This document shows positions 19,359 to 29,394 of a DNA stretch of 64,000 bases, one piece after another. Numbering within the stretch: position 1 is the first letter of the stretch; every line of letters begins with the position of its first letter. Both the position numbers and the translations under genes were made by a program. The stretch covers positions 650,047-714,046 of the forward strand of contig CAVWFS010000018.1 of the NCBI GenBank assembly GCA_963754315.1. The letters are read 5' to 3'. Under the pieces are notes generated by a model. It worked only from the letters and a program-made list of their open reading frames with translations, did no database searches and was not told where the DNA came from. The stretch is from an uncultured Candidatus Rokubacteria bacterium. Lineage in GTDB: Bacteria; Methylomirabilota; Methylomirabilia; Rokubacteriales; CSP1-6.

Positions 19359-20540
19359 TTGCCCATCGTTCACGTCGACATGGACGCCTTCTACGCGGCT
19401 GTCGAGCAACGCGACAGGCCCGAGCTACGCGGTCGCCCCGTCATCGTGGGCGCCAACCCCCGTGGACGGGGAGTGGTGTCAGCAGCTTCTTACGAGGCGC
19501 GGCCGTTTGGCGTTCGCTCGGCAATGCCCATCGGCCAGGCGGCGCGACTGTGCCCCGAGGCGGTGTTTCTGCCCGTCGACATGCCACGCTACCAGCGGGT
19601 CTCCACCCAGATCATGGAGCTCCTCGCGACCTTCTCGCCTCTCGTGGAGCAGATCTCGGTGGACGAGGCGTTCTTGGATCTTACCGGTACCGAGTCGCTG
19701 TTCGGCGACCCGGTCGATGCCGTGCGGCGAATCAAGACGATGATCCACGCCGAGACGGGACTGACCGCGTCGGCGGGGCTGGCGTCGAACAAGTTCGTGG
19801 CAAAGGTCGCCTCCGATCTCGGGAAGCCTGATGGCCTTGTCGTGGTCCCATCAGGCGAGGAATCCGCGTTCCTGGCTCCACTTCCGGTCGAGCGGCTGTG
19901 GGGGGTGGGACGCGTCATGGCGAAGGAACTGCAGGCGCTCGGGATCCGCACCATCGGCCACCTGCAGGCGCTGCCGCGCCGCGTGCTTGCCCGACGGTTC
20001 GGTCAACATGGTGATCACCTGTTCGAACTCGCTCGGGGACGCGACCGACGGCCGGTGGAGCCGGACGTGACGGCAAAGTCCATTGGAGCCGAGGAGACCT
20101 TTGCGCGCGACTGCCGGGATCCGGGGCGACTCCTGCTCGTTCTCCGCGCTCACGCCGAGCGAGTAGCCGCGGAGGTCCGGCGCCAGAATCTCGCCGCTGC
20201 CTGCGTCGCGGTGAAGGTTCGCTTCGCCGACTTCAGCACCGTGACGCGACGCTCCAGTGGGGACCCGACCCAGGACGGCCTCGAACTGTATCGGCGGGCG
20301 ACGATTCTCCTGCGCCGCGTCTCGTCGTCCCAGCCCGTAAGACTGATCGGTCTCTCTGTGTCGCAGCTGACAGCCGCGGGGCGAGGGCAGCTTCCCCTGC
20401 TTGACGGTGCTGCCCTCCGGCGAGAGCGGTTGGCGCGGGCGGTCGACGGGCTGACGCAACGGTTTGGTCTCGACACTGTGCGGCCCGCCTCGCTGTTAGA
20501 ACGGCGCGAGGACGACTCGCGGCCTCGCCGTTCGACCTGA
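19359..20540 (+). CDS. dinB: DNA polymerase IV (Y-family translesion polymerase). Start is uncertain: TTG at about 19359 or ATG at 19380.
   Basis: IVHVDMDAFYAAVEQRDRPELRGRPVIVG, SIDEAFLDLTG, palm/fingers motifs. The ORF-track N-terminal extension (19143) runs through the repeat array and is rejected. Confidence 0.85.
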   Translation: MPIVHVDMDAFYAAVEQRDRPELRGRPVIVGANPRGRGVVSAASYEARPFGVRSAMPIGQAARLCPEAVFLPVDMPRYQRVSTQIMELLATFSPLVEQISVDEAFLDLTGTESLFGDPVDAVRRIKTMIHAETGLTASAGLASNKFVAKVASDLGKPDGLVVVPSGEESAFLAPLPVERLWGVGRVMAKELQALGIRTIGHLQALPRRVLARRFGQHGDHLFELARGRDRRPVEPDVTAKSIGAEETFARDCRDPGRLLLVLRAHAERVAAEVRRQNLAAACVAVKVRFADFSTVTRRSSGDPTQDGLELYRRATILLRRVSSSQPVRLIGLSVSQLTAAGRGQLPLLDGAALRRERLARAVDGLTQRFGLDTVRPASLLERREDDSRPRRST

Positions 20541-20548
20541 TCCGCAAG

Positions 20549-21373
20549 TTGCCTCGTCGCGAGACTTCGAATACACTGACTGAACAGCGGTTCAGTCTGG
20601 CCGGAGGTGCCTCTCGAATGGATCGGCCGATCTCCTATGACAAGCTCGCGCGCGAGGACCGATTCGTCAGGATGCGTGCCAGGGATGTGGCCGCCCTGAA
20701 AGTCGAGCAGGGACTTCCGCCTTTCCCCGACCTGGCTAGCCGCCCGTCCATGTGCGAGCGGGTGCACGGTATCTTCGTGGGCGAGTTGCAGGCAATGGAG
20801 GGCGCCGGGCGTACGGTCTACGACTTCCCGGACGCGCCCTGGGAGTTCACCATGGACATGGCGCGACAAGTGTGGGATGAATCGCGCCACGTTGAGATCT
20901 ACCTCGGTCTCCTCGACCACCTGGATGGCTACGTGGGCGAGTTTCCAGAGACGACCATCCTGTGGCGCTGCGCCTGCGCCGAGGACGCCGCAGCGCGCGT
21001 GGCGGGTGTCAACCGCGGACTCGAGGGGCTCGCTTGTGACGTCTTCAACCAACTCATTCACATCGCGGGCAAGATCGGCGATCCGATCATCGAGAAGTCG
21101 GTGGACTATGTGCTGGCCGATGAGATCACCCATGTGCGCATGGGATCGAAGTGGCTCAACAAGCTGACCGAGGGCAATCCGGAGCGGCGCCAGCGCGCTA
21201 TTGAATTCCAGGAGTCGATCGACGATCGCTTCAATCTGGGCGGGGTGCGCCAGGACGGACAGCACGAACAAGTCCAGATTTCCATCGCCAAGGACGCCCG
21301 CCGACTAGCCGGATTCACCGACGAGGAAATCGAGCGTCTGATCAAGAGCACACAGCGTTCGCCCGTCTATTGA
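20549..21373 (+). CDS. ferritin-like diiron-fold protein (DUF455-like). Function unknown.
   Basis: Two E-x-x-H motifs spaced as in diiron four-helix bundles: DESRHVEIY and DEITHVRMG. Start may be the internal MDRPISY. Confidence 0.45.
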   Translation: MPRRETSNTLTEQRFSLAGGASRMDRPISYDKLAREDRFVRMRARDVAALKVEQGLPPFPDLASRPSMCERVHGIFVGELQAMEGAGRTVYDFPDAPWEFTMDMARQVWDESRHVEIYLGLLDHLDGYVGEFPETTILWRCACAEDAAARVAGVNRGLEGLACDVFNQLIHIAGKIGDPIIEKSVDYVLADEITHVRMGSKWLNKLTEGNPERRQRAIEFQESIDDRFNLGGVRQDGQHEQVQISIAKDARRLAGFTDEEIERLIKSTQRSPVY

Positions 21374-22335
21374 TGGACGGTCATCGCCTCGCCGGCGACC
21401 TGTCGGTCGACGCCTCGGCCCGCCTGATCCGCCACTACCGCTACGTCGAGGAGCGGATGATGCGTGTGATGGGCGGCTGGATCGCTCTCACCCCCGAACT
21501 GCCTGCCAAGCTCTTGCTCGGTCGTCACGTGTGGGATTGCGCCCAGCATGCCGACCTGTGGGGGCGTCGCCTTCCCGAGTTGCGCACAGCCACGCAGCAG
21601 TCGGAACCGGCTAACGAGGCGGTCGTCCGCTTCATGGATACTCTGGAGGCCGAGGAGGGTTACGCCGAAACGCCAGAGCGCCTGGCCGGGATCTACCGTG
21701 TGCTCAAACCCCACCTGCTGTCGGTGTACATCAACCACCGTGCCCGGGCCAATCCCGTGTTCGAGCCACCCACGCGGCGAATCCTTGATCGCTGTGTGGA
21801 CGAGGAGTCTCGGCACGCCGCTGCTGGCCAGATCGTGCTGGAGGCCTTGACCCGTGAGCCGGATCCCCGCCGGCGAGCCGAGGCTTGGGAGGAGCAGCTT
21901 CAGCGAGCCCTGCAGGAGGCAGGGGGGATCACCGGTAACACCCCCGTTCAGCCGGGTGCGAGGATCACCCACCCCCGCGCCTACGATGACGTGATCTCCC
22001 TCGGCCGGGTTTTGGCCAGGCCGGACCTGCCCGTTGAGCTGAAGCGTGAGCTCGACCGCCATCGGCGCGCCGTCGAAGCCGGCGACCTCGCGTCGCTGGC
22101 GGCGCAGGTCTTCGAGGCCGAATGGGAACACGTGCAGACCGAGTATGGGAGGCTGTCCGTTCCGCTCACGGCCTCCGAGGTCGTCGCCGTCGCAAAGATC
22201 GGCGCCTATCGAATGGTCAAGCTGGCCTTCAAAGGTCCACGTGGCCTCGCCGTCGTCCAACAGCAGTGGCGACAGGCCGACGACGCCTGGCGGCTCTACA
22301 GCGCGGAAGTGGTACGTATCGAACCTGCCGCCTGA
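21373..22335 (+). CDS. hypothetical protein with ferritin-like N-terminal region (DEESRHAAAG) and an uncharacterised C-terminal domain. Translationally coupled to the upstream ferritin-like gene.
   Basis: TGATG overlap with the upstream gene. Single E-x-x-RH motif. No other recognisable family. Confidence 0.4.
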   Translation: MDGHRLAGDLSVDASARLIRHYRYVEERMMRVMGGWIALTPELPAKLLLGRHVWDCAQHADLWGRRLPELRTATQQSEPANEAVVRFMDTLEAEEGYAETPERLAGIYRVLKPHLLSVYINHRARANPVFEPPTRRILDRCVDEESRHAAAGQIVLEALTREPDPRRRAEAWEEQLQRALQEAGGITGNTPVQPGARITHPRAYDDVISLGRVLARPDLPVELKRELDRHRRAVEAGDLASLAAQVFEAEWEHVQTEYGRLSVPLTASEVVAVAKIGAYRMVKLAFKGPRGLAVVQQQWRQADDAWRLYSAEVVRIEPAA

Positions 22336-22374
22336 CCCGGTGATTTTCCCTTGAAAGCCTGGTGCGGTTCCCAT

Positions 22375-22557
22375 GAGCCCCCAGCATCTCCCGTTGGCGC
22401 CCTCGGGCCCCGAGGCGTTCGAGCGTCGGGTGGGGCGGCATGGGGGGGCCCGTTCGAGGCCCCAGCATCTGGCGTGGGATCGAGGGGCGCCCCGGGTTGC
22501 CCGGGGCGTGCCGAGCGTTGGGGGGGCATGGGGGGCCCGTTCGAGGCCCCCCATCTA
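22375..22557. repeat. about 2 tandem copies of a ~90-95-bp GC-rich hairpin element homologous to the 19117-19350 repeat.
   Basis: GGGGCGCCCCGGGTTGCCCGGGGCGTGCCGAGCGTTGGGGGGGCATGGGGGGCCCGTTCGAGGCCCCCC is roughly 80% identical to the unit at 19.2 kb. An upstream partial copy is ...CATGGGGGGGCCCGTTCGAGGCCCC. Confidence 0.8.
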
Positions 22558-23904
22558 ATGTTCAAGACCGTCCTCGTCGCTAACAGGGGCGAGATCGCCC
22601 GTCGCGTCTTTCGCGCGTGCCGGCGCCTCGGGGTCCGGACGGTAGCCGTCTTTTCGGAGGCTGACGCCGACTCGCTTCACGTCCGGGAGGCCGATTCAGC
22701 TGTGCTCATTGGGCCTCCTCCCGCCCGCCAGAGCTATCTGGCCATCGACAGGATCATCGCGGCGGCCCATCGAACCGGTGCCGATGCCGTGCATCCTGGT
22801 TATGGATTCCTCTCGGAGAACTGGCAGTTTGCGGACGCGTGCGTACGCGCGGGCTTGGCTTTCGTAGGGCCGTCGCCGGATGCCATCCGCGCCATGGGCG
22901 ACAAAACAGAGGCACGCCGGATCATGAGGGCGGCAGGCCTGCCCATCGTGCCCGGCAGTCCGGGACCTGCCGGCGATCAGGGCGAGGTCGCGCGGATTGC
23001 TACGGAGGTCGGCTATCCGGTGATCCTCAAGGCTGCGGGTGGGGGCGGTGGTATCGGTATGGCCCGGGTGAACAAAGGATCCGAGCTGGCCTCCGCTTAC
23101 GCCACCGCGGCGCGACGAGCCCAGGCGGCGTTCGGCACGGACACGCTCTATGTCGAGCGCTATCTCGAGCGGCCGCGTCACGTCGAAGTTCAGGTGTTCG
23201 GGGACAGCCATGGAGCACTCCTACACCTGCACGAGCGGGAGTGCTCGATCCAGCGCCGCCACCAGAAACTCGTTGAGGAATCGCCGGCCCCTGTGCTCGC
23301 GTCCCCCACACGCGCCGCGCTCGCTGCGGCCGCTGTGACGGGGGCTCGGACCATCGGGTATGAGAATGCGGGGACCGTGGAGTTCCTCGTCGACCAGGCC
23401 GGTCACTTCTATTTCCTCGAGATGAATACCCGGCTGCAGGTCGAGCATGCCGTTACCGAGGAAGTGACCGGCCTCGACCTCGTCGTCGAGCAGCTTCGGG
23501 TGGCGGCGGGTGAGCGCCTTAGCTGGTCGCCCGAGACTGTCGTCTCGCGCGGGTCGGCCATCGAGTGCAGGGTGTACGCTGAGGATCCCGACCGAGCGTT
23601 CCTTCCGTCGCCTGGAACGATCGGCCGTCTCGAGCTGCCGACCGGGAAGGGTGTACGGGTCGAGTCGGGAGTCGAAGTGGGCAGCACGGTGTCCGTCCAC
23701 TACGACCCTTTGTTGTTCAAGCTCATCGTCCATGGGGATTCCCGGGTGGAGGCCCTCGGACTGATGGAGGATGCTCTACATCGCTGCCTGGTCGACGGCG
23801 TCAAGACCAATCTGGCCTTCCTGCGGCGCGTGATAGCCTCGGAGGCGTTTCGCGTCGGACAGACTCATACGCAGATGGTCGAACAAGGAGCCTTCAATGC
23901 CTGA
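22558..23904 (+). CDS. accC: biotin carboxylase subunit (ATP-grasp), 449 aa.
   Basis: MFKTVLVANRGEIA..., ATP-grasp glycine-rich loop, FLEMNTRLQVEH, C-terminal BC domain. ATG at 22558 lies after the repeat array. Confidence 0.9.
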   Translation: MFKTVLVANRGEIARRVFRACRRLGVRTVAVFSEADADSLHVREADSAVLIGPPPARQSYLAIDRIIAAAHRTGADAVHPGYGFLSENWQFADACVRAGLAFVGPSPDAIRAMGDKTEARRIMRAAGLPIVPGSPGPAGDQGEVARIATEVGYPVILKAAGGGGGIGMARVNKGSELASAYATAARRAQAAFGTDTLYVERYLERPRHVEVQVFGDSHGALLHLHERECSIQRRHQKLVEESPAPVLASPTRAALAAAAVTGARTIGYENAGTVEFLVDQAGHFYFLEMNTRLQVEHAVTEEVTGLDLVVEQLRVAAGERLSWSPETVVSRGSAIECRVYAEDPDRAFLPSPGTIGRLELPTGKGVRVESGVEVGSTVSVHYDPLLFKLIVHGDSRVEALGLMEDALHRCLVDGVKTNLAFLRRVIASEAFRVGQTHTQMVEQGAFNA

Positions 23905-24112
23905 GGAGATCAAGGCGCATATCACGGGTGTCGTCTTTCAGATCACTGCCAAGCCCGGAGACTCCGTGGCCAGCGGCGATCCCGTGATTGTGCTGGAGTC
24001 CATGAAAATGGAAATCCCTGTAGAGGCGCCGCGCGCCGGCTCGGTCCTGGAGGTCTGTGTTCAGGAGGGGCAGACGGTTCAGGAGGGCGATACTGTTGCG
24101 CTTCTTGAGTGA
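23897..24112 (+). CDS. minimal biotin carboxyl carrier protein (71-aa biotinyl domain only).
   Basis: Biotinylation motif ESMKME inside a hybrid-barrel biotinyl/lipoyl domain. Overlaps the accC stop. Confidence 0.8.
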   Translation: MPEEIKAHITGVVFQITAKPGDSVASGDPVIVLESMKMEIPVEAPRAGSVLEVCVQEGQTVQEGDTVALLE

Positions 24113-24149
24113 TCTGATGCCGATCTAGAAGCTCCGGTCCTCCGGGCCA

Positions 24150-24190
24150 AGCACCCGGGGGGGTGGGGGCCCTTTCGGGGCCCCCATGAG
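24150..24190. repeat. single copy of the GC-rich hairpin module (same family as 19.2 kb and 22.4 kb repeats). Sits between convergent BCCP and rpoD ends and is a likely bidirectional terminator.
   Basis: GCACCCGGGGGGGTGGGGGCCCTTTCGGGGCCCCCATGAGGC. The GGGGGCC-CTTTC-GGGGCCCCC hairpin matches the repeat core. Confidence 0.6.
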
Positions 24191-24191
24191 G

Positions 24192-25685
<1,494 letters not shown>

Positions 25686-26083
25686 GATGGCACCGAGTTT
25701 GGGTTTTCATCTGTTTCGATGCATTAAATGTATCGGGCGGTTCCCCGTCAGTATCTGACTCAAAAATCGGGCCAGGCTGGTACGCGGAGCGCGGGCGGTC
25801 AGGGCCTCGCTCCGGGTCAGCAGGCTGTCGATCGTAAGACCGTGCCAAGGCAGAGAATATTCACTCGTGTCGCCTCTGGCGCGCAGTCGCGAGCAAGCTG
25901 GTTGATCCCGGGCGACTCTCGCGGAACGCCAGCCTCATGGCATGTTTGCCATATCGTGTTGAAACGATGTCCTACGGACGGACGTTCCCTGCGTTCCTCC
26001 TCGACCTGAGGGGACGAAGCCTGTAGCCTGCGGAAAGGCGCCGGTTTGGCGCAAACACTACCAAAAGCGGGAGGAGCGGCTGG

Positions 26084-27520
26084 ATGGGCGTTGCCCCAAG
26101 TGCGAGCTATAGCCTCACGGTACGTCTGGAGATCACCAACCGGCCTGGCATGCTCGGTCGGGTCGCCATGGCTATCGGGGGGGCAGGGGGGGATATCGGA
26201 GCTGTTGACATCGTGGAGTCGCTGCCCGCCCGCGTCATCCGGGACATCACCATCAAGGCCCGTGATAGCCATCACGGACAGCAAATCGTGAACCGTCTGA
26301 AGCGACTGGCCGGTGTCAAGGTCGTCAACATCTCGGACAGGACCTTCCTGCTGCACCTTGGTGGCAAGATCGAGGTCCGCAACAAGGTGCCGATTCGCAC
26401 CCGCGACGACCTTTCAATGGTTTACACCCCCGGGGTGGCCCGTGTCTGTCTGGCAATCCGGGACGATCGCGAGCGAGCCTTTGCCCTCACCATGAAGCAC
26501 AACAGTGTCGCCGTAGTGACAGATGGCACCGCCGTCCTGGGCCTGGGCGACATCGGACCGGAGGCCGCCTTGCCCGTGATGGAGGGCAAAGCCATGCTCT
26601 TCAAGGAGTTTGCGGGTGTCGATGCCTTTCCCATCTGCCTCGGTTCGAAGGACGTCTCCACCATTGTGGAGACCGTGAAGCTCATTGCCCCCGGCTTCGG
26701 GGGCATCAATCTGGAGGACATCGCGGCTCCTCGCTGCTTCGAGATCGAGGATCGCCTTCGCAAGGAGCTCGACATTCCGGTGTTTCATGACGACCAGCAC
26801 GGCACTGCGGTCGTCGTTCTGGCGGCCCTCCTCAATGGTCTCCGGATCGTTCGCAAGGAGCTCCGGCGGCTGCGGGTTGTGGTGACCGGGGTCGGCGCGG
26901 CGGGAACCGCCACCATCAAGATCCTGCTCTCCAGTGGCGTGTCGGACATCATCGGGGTCGACGAGCACGGAATCATTCATGGCAACCGGGACCGAGGCCT
27001 CGACTTCATGAAGCGATGGGTGGCCAGCACTACGAATCCGCGCAATGTGAAGGGGGGGCTGGCCGAGGCCCTTGAGGGCGCCGATGTCTTCATCGGGCTG
27101 TCGGTGCCGCGTCTGCTGACGGTGCGCGGCCTCAAGCGCATGGCGCGAGATCCTATCGTGTTCGCCATGGCCAACCCTGTGCCCGAGATTCAACCGGAGG
27201 AGGCAGGTCGCCACGTTCGCGTCATGGCCACCGGCCGCTCCGACTATCCGAACCAAATCAACAATGTGCTGTGTTTCCCGGGCTTCTTCCGCGGACTGCT
27301 CGACTCGCGAGCGCGGGCAGTGAACGACGAAATGAAGCTGGCGGCCGCCCGCGCCATCGCCGCCTCGGTGACCAAGAGCGAGTTGAGCGAGGAGTACATC
27401 ATCCCGAGCGTCTTTAACAAGAGCGTGGCGCCCGCCGTCGCCGAGGGGGTGGCGCGTGCCGCCTCCGCCACCGGCGCGGCCCGGCGCCGTAGACGGCTGG
27501 ACCTGTCCAGCATCTCATGA
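26084..27520 (+). CDS. NAD(P)-dependent malic enzyme with N-terminal ACT regulatory domain.
   Basis: ACT domain (LTVRLEITNRPGMLGRVAMAIG), then malic enzyme core (VYTPGVARVC, GTAVLGLGDIGPEA, FHDDQHGTAVV, VVTGVGAAG). Confidence 0.85.
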   Translation: MGVAPSASYSLTVRLEITNRPGMLGRVAMAIGGAGGDIGAVDIVESLPARVIRDITIKARDSHHGQQIVNRLKRLAGVKVVNISDRTFLLHLGGKIEVRNKVPIRTRDDLSMVYTPGVARVCLAIRDDRERAFALTMKHNSVAVVTDGTAVLGLGDIGPEAALPVMEGKAMLFKEFAGVDAFPICLGSKDVSTIVETVKLIAPGFGGINLEDIAAPRCFEIEDRLRKELDIPVFHDDQHGTAVVVLAALLNGLRIVRKELRRLRVVVTGVGAAGTATIKILLSSGVSDIIGVDEHGIIHGNRDRGLDFMKRWVASTTNPRNVKGGLAEALEGADVFIGLSVPRLLTVRGLKRMARDPIVFAMANPVPEIQPEEAGRHVRVMATGRSDYPNQINNVLCFPGFFRGLLDSRARAVNDEMKLAAARAIAASVTKSELSEEYIIPSVFNKSVAPAVAEGVARAASATGAARRRRRLDLSSIS

Positions 27521-28239
27521 CCTCCCCCCGGTGGTCGGTCGTCATTCCGGCGCTGAATGAAGCCCGGCGCTTGCCTCCGTACCTCGCCCGGGTCGTGAGT
27601 TATTTCGATGCCCGGAGCGAGCCCTACGAAATCATCGTGGTCGACGACGGGAGCACCGACGACACGCTGGCCCGGGTCGAGAGCTTCGCGCGCGAGCACG
27701 GGGCCGTGCGCGGTCTTGCCTTGGCGGGCCATGAGGGCAAGGGCGCGGCCGTCCGCCGCGGCATGCTGGCCGCGGCGGGGACATACCGACTCTTTACCGA
27801 CGCGGATGGCGCGACGCCCATCGAGGAACTGGATCGTTTCGAGCCGGCCCTGGTTGCAGGAGCCGACATCGTCATCGGCTCGCGCACGGTTGGGGACGCG
27901 TCGGTAGCGGTAGTGTCTCGCTTGCATCGGTCCGCAGCGCGTAGTCTTTTCAGCTGGATGGTCAGCCGCCTCGGCCTGAAGGGCGTGTCGGATTCGCAGT
28001 GCGGCTTCAAGGCCTTCGAGGGAGCCGTGGCCGAGGCGCTCTTCGGAGCGCTTCGCACCCCAGGTCTCGCGTTTGACGTCGAACTGCTCATGCGCGCGCG
28101 GACGGCCGGCTACCACATCGTGGAGGTGCCGGTGAACTGGACCGAGCAGGCGGGTGGCAGGGTCGGCATCCTCCGGCACGGACCGTTGATGGCCCTGGAG
28201 ATCCTGCGCGTCCGGCGGCGGCTCAAGGGTTTGTCGTGA
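27517..28239 (+). CDS. family-2 glycosyltransferase (polyprenol-phosphate sugar transferase, ArnC/DPM1-like).
   Basis: VVIPALNE...IIVVDDGSTDDT...DADG motifs typical of GT2 polyprenyl-phosphate glycosyltransferases. ATGA overlap with the upstream gene. Confidence 0.8.
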   Translation: MTSPRWSVVIPALNEARRLPPYLARVVSYFDARSEPYEIIVVDDGSTDDTLARVESFAREHGAVRGLALAGHEGKGAAVRRGMLAAAGTYRLFTDADGATPIEELDRFEPALVAGADIVIGSRTVGDASVAVVSRLHRSAARSLFSWMVSRLGLKGVSDSQCGFKAFEGAVAEALFGALRTPGLAFDVELLMRARTAGYHIVEVPVNWTEQAGGRVGILRHGPLMALEILRVRRRLKGLS

Positions 28240-29394
28240 GACGGGCGCAGCGCGCGCTGGCGGTCGAGCCGTTCCTCGCCGTGGAGATCGCCGAACGCGC
28301 CCAGGCCTTGGAGCGCGGCGGCGCCGACATCGTGCACTTCGAGTTCGGCGAGCCGGATTTCCAGGCACCCTCCGTCGTGCTCGAAGCCGCCGCAGAAAGC
28401 GCTCAAAGACGGACGGACTAAGTACACGTCCAGCCTCGGTATCCTCCCGCTGCGGGAAGCCATCGCCGAACACTATCTCAGTACCTACGGCGTGGCCATC
28501 TCGCCCGATCAGATCCTGGTCACGCCGGGAACGTCACCGGCCATGCTCCTGCTCTTCGGGCACTTGCTGGATCCGGGGGACGAGGTGATTCTGAGCGATC
28601 CCTACTACGCGTGTTATCCCCACTTCATCCGGTATGCGGACGGCGTCCCGGTCTTCGTACCCATCTTCGAGGCGGATCAGTTCCAGTACCGGCCAGAGGC
28701 GATTGACCAGCAACGGGGGCCGCGGACGCGCGCGGTCCTCGTGAACTCGCCGGCAAATCCGACAGGGGCTGTCCTCAGCGCGCAGCGGATGGCGGCCGTG
28801 GCGCGACTGGCGGACCAGGAAGGTCCCTTCATCGTTTCCGACGAGATCTATCACGGTCTCAGCTACGAGGGGCGTGACCACTCGATCCTGGAGTTCACGG
28901 AGCGTGCCTTCGTCCTCAACGGGTTCTCCAAGGCGTTTGCCATGACGGGGTGGCGGCTCGGTTACCTGATCGGCCCGGCGGACCATATCAGGGCCCTGCA
29001 GACGCTATACGGAAACTTCTTCATCGCGACCAACGAATTCGTGCAGTGGGCGGGGGTGGCAGCGCTGCGCGAGGCCCACGAGGACGTTCGCCGTGCTCGC
29101 GCGATCTTCGACGAGCGGCGTCGCGCCATGGTGGCCGGTCTTCGTGAAGTCGGACTGGGGGTGGGTTTCGAGCCGACCGGGGCCTTCTACGTGCTTGCCG
29201 ACGCCCGCCGGTATACGAATGATTCGGCCCGTTTCGCCTACGAGATCCTGGAAAGGAGCCACGTGGCAGTGACACCCGGCGCTGCCTTCGGCCCTCGGGC
29301 TGAGGGATACTTGCGATTCTCCTACGCCACGTCGGTTGATCGGATTGGGGAGGGGCTGCGCCGTATCAGGCGTTTTCTGGACGATCTAGGGTGA
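28236..29394 (+). CDS. class I/II PLP-dependent aminotransferase (aspartate/aromatic aminotransferase-like). Apparent +1 frameshift near 28392-28402 splits off the N-terminal 55 codons.
   Basis: ORF 28236..28421 (IVHFEFGEPDFQAP...) and ORF 28492..29394 (NPTGAVL, SKAFAMTGWRLGY PLP-Lys region) are consecutive parts. The intervening KALKDGRTKYTSSLGILPLREAIAEHY is readable in the downstream frame. Confidence 0.8.

Noticed and set aside
25686-26083. About 400-bp gap between rpoD (minus strand) and the malic enzyme gene, checked for a small RNA or tRNA.
   Set aside because: No cloverleaf or conserved ncRNA pattern recognised. It contains lower-GC stretches (TTTTCATCTGTTTCGATGCATTAAATGTATCGG) consistent with divergent promoters. 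Small overlapping ORFs (25728..26009, 25817..26356) have no homology.
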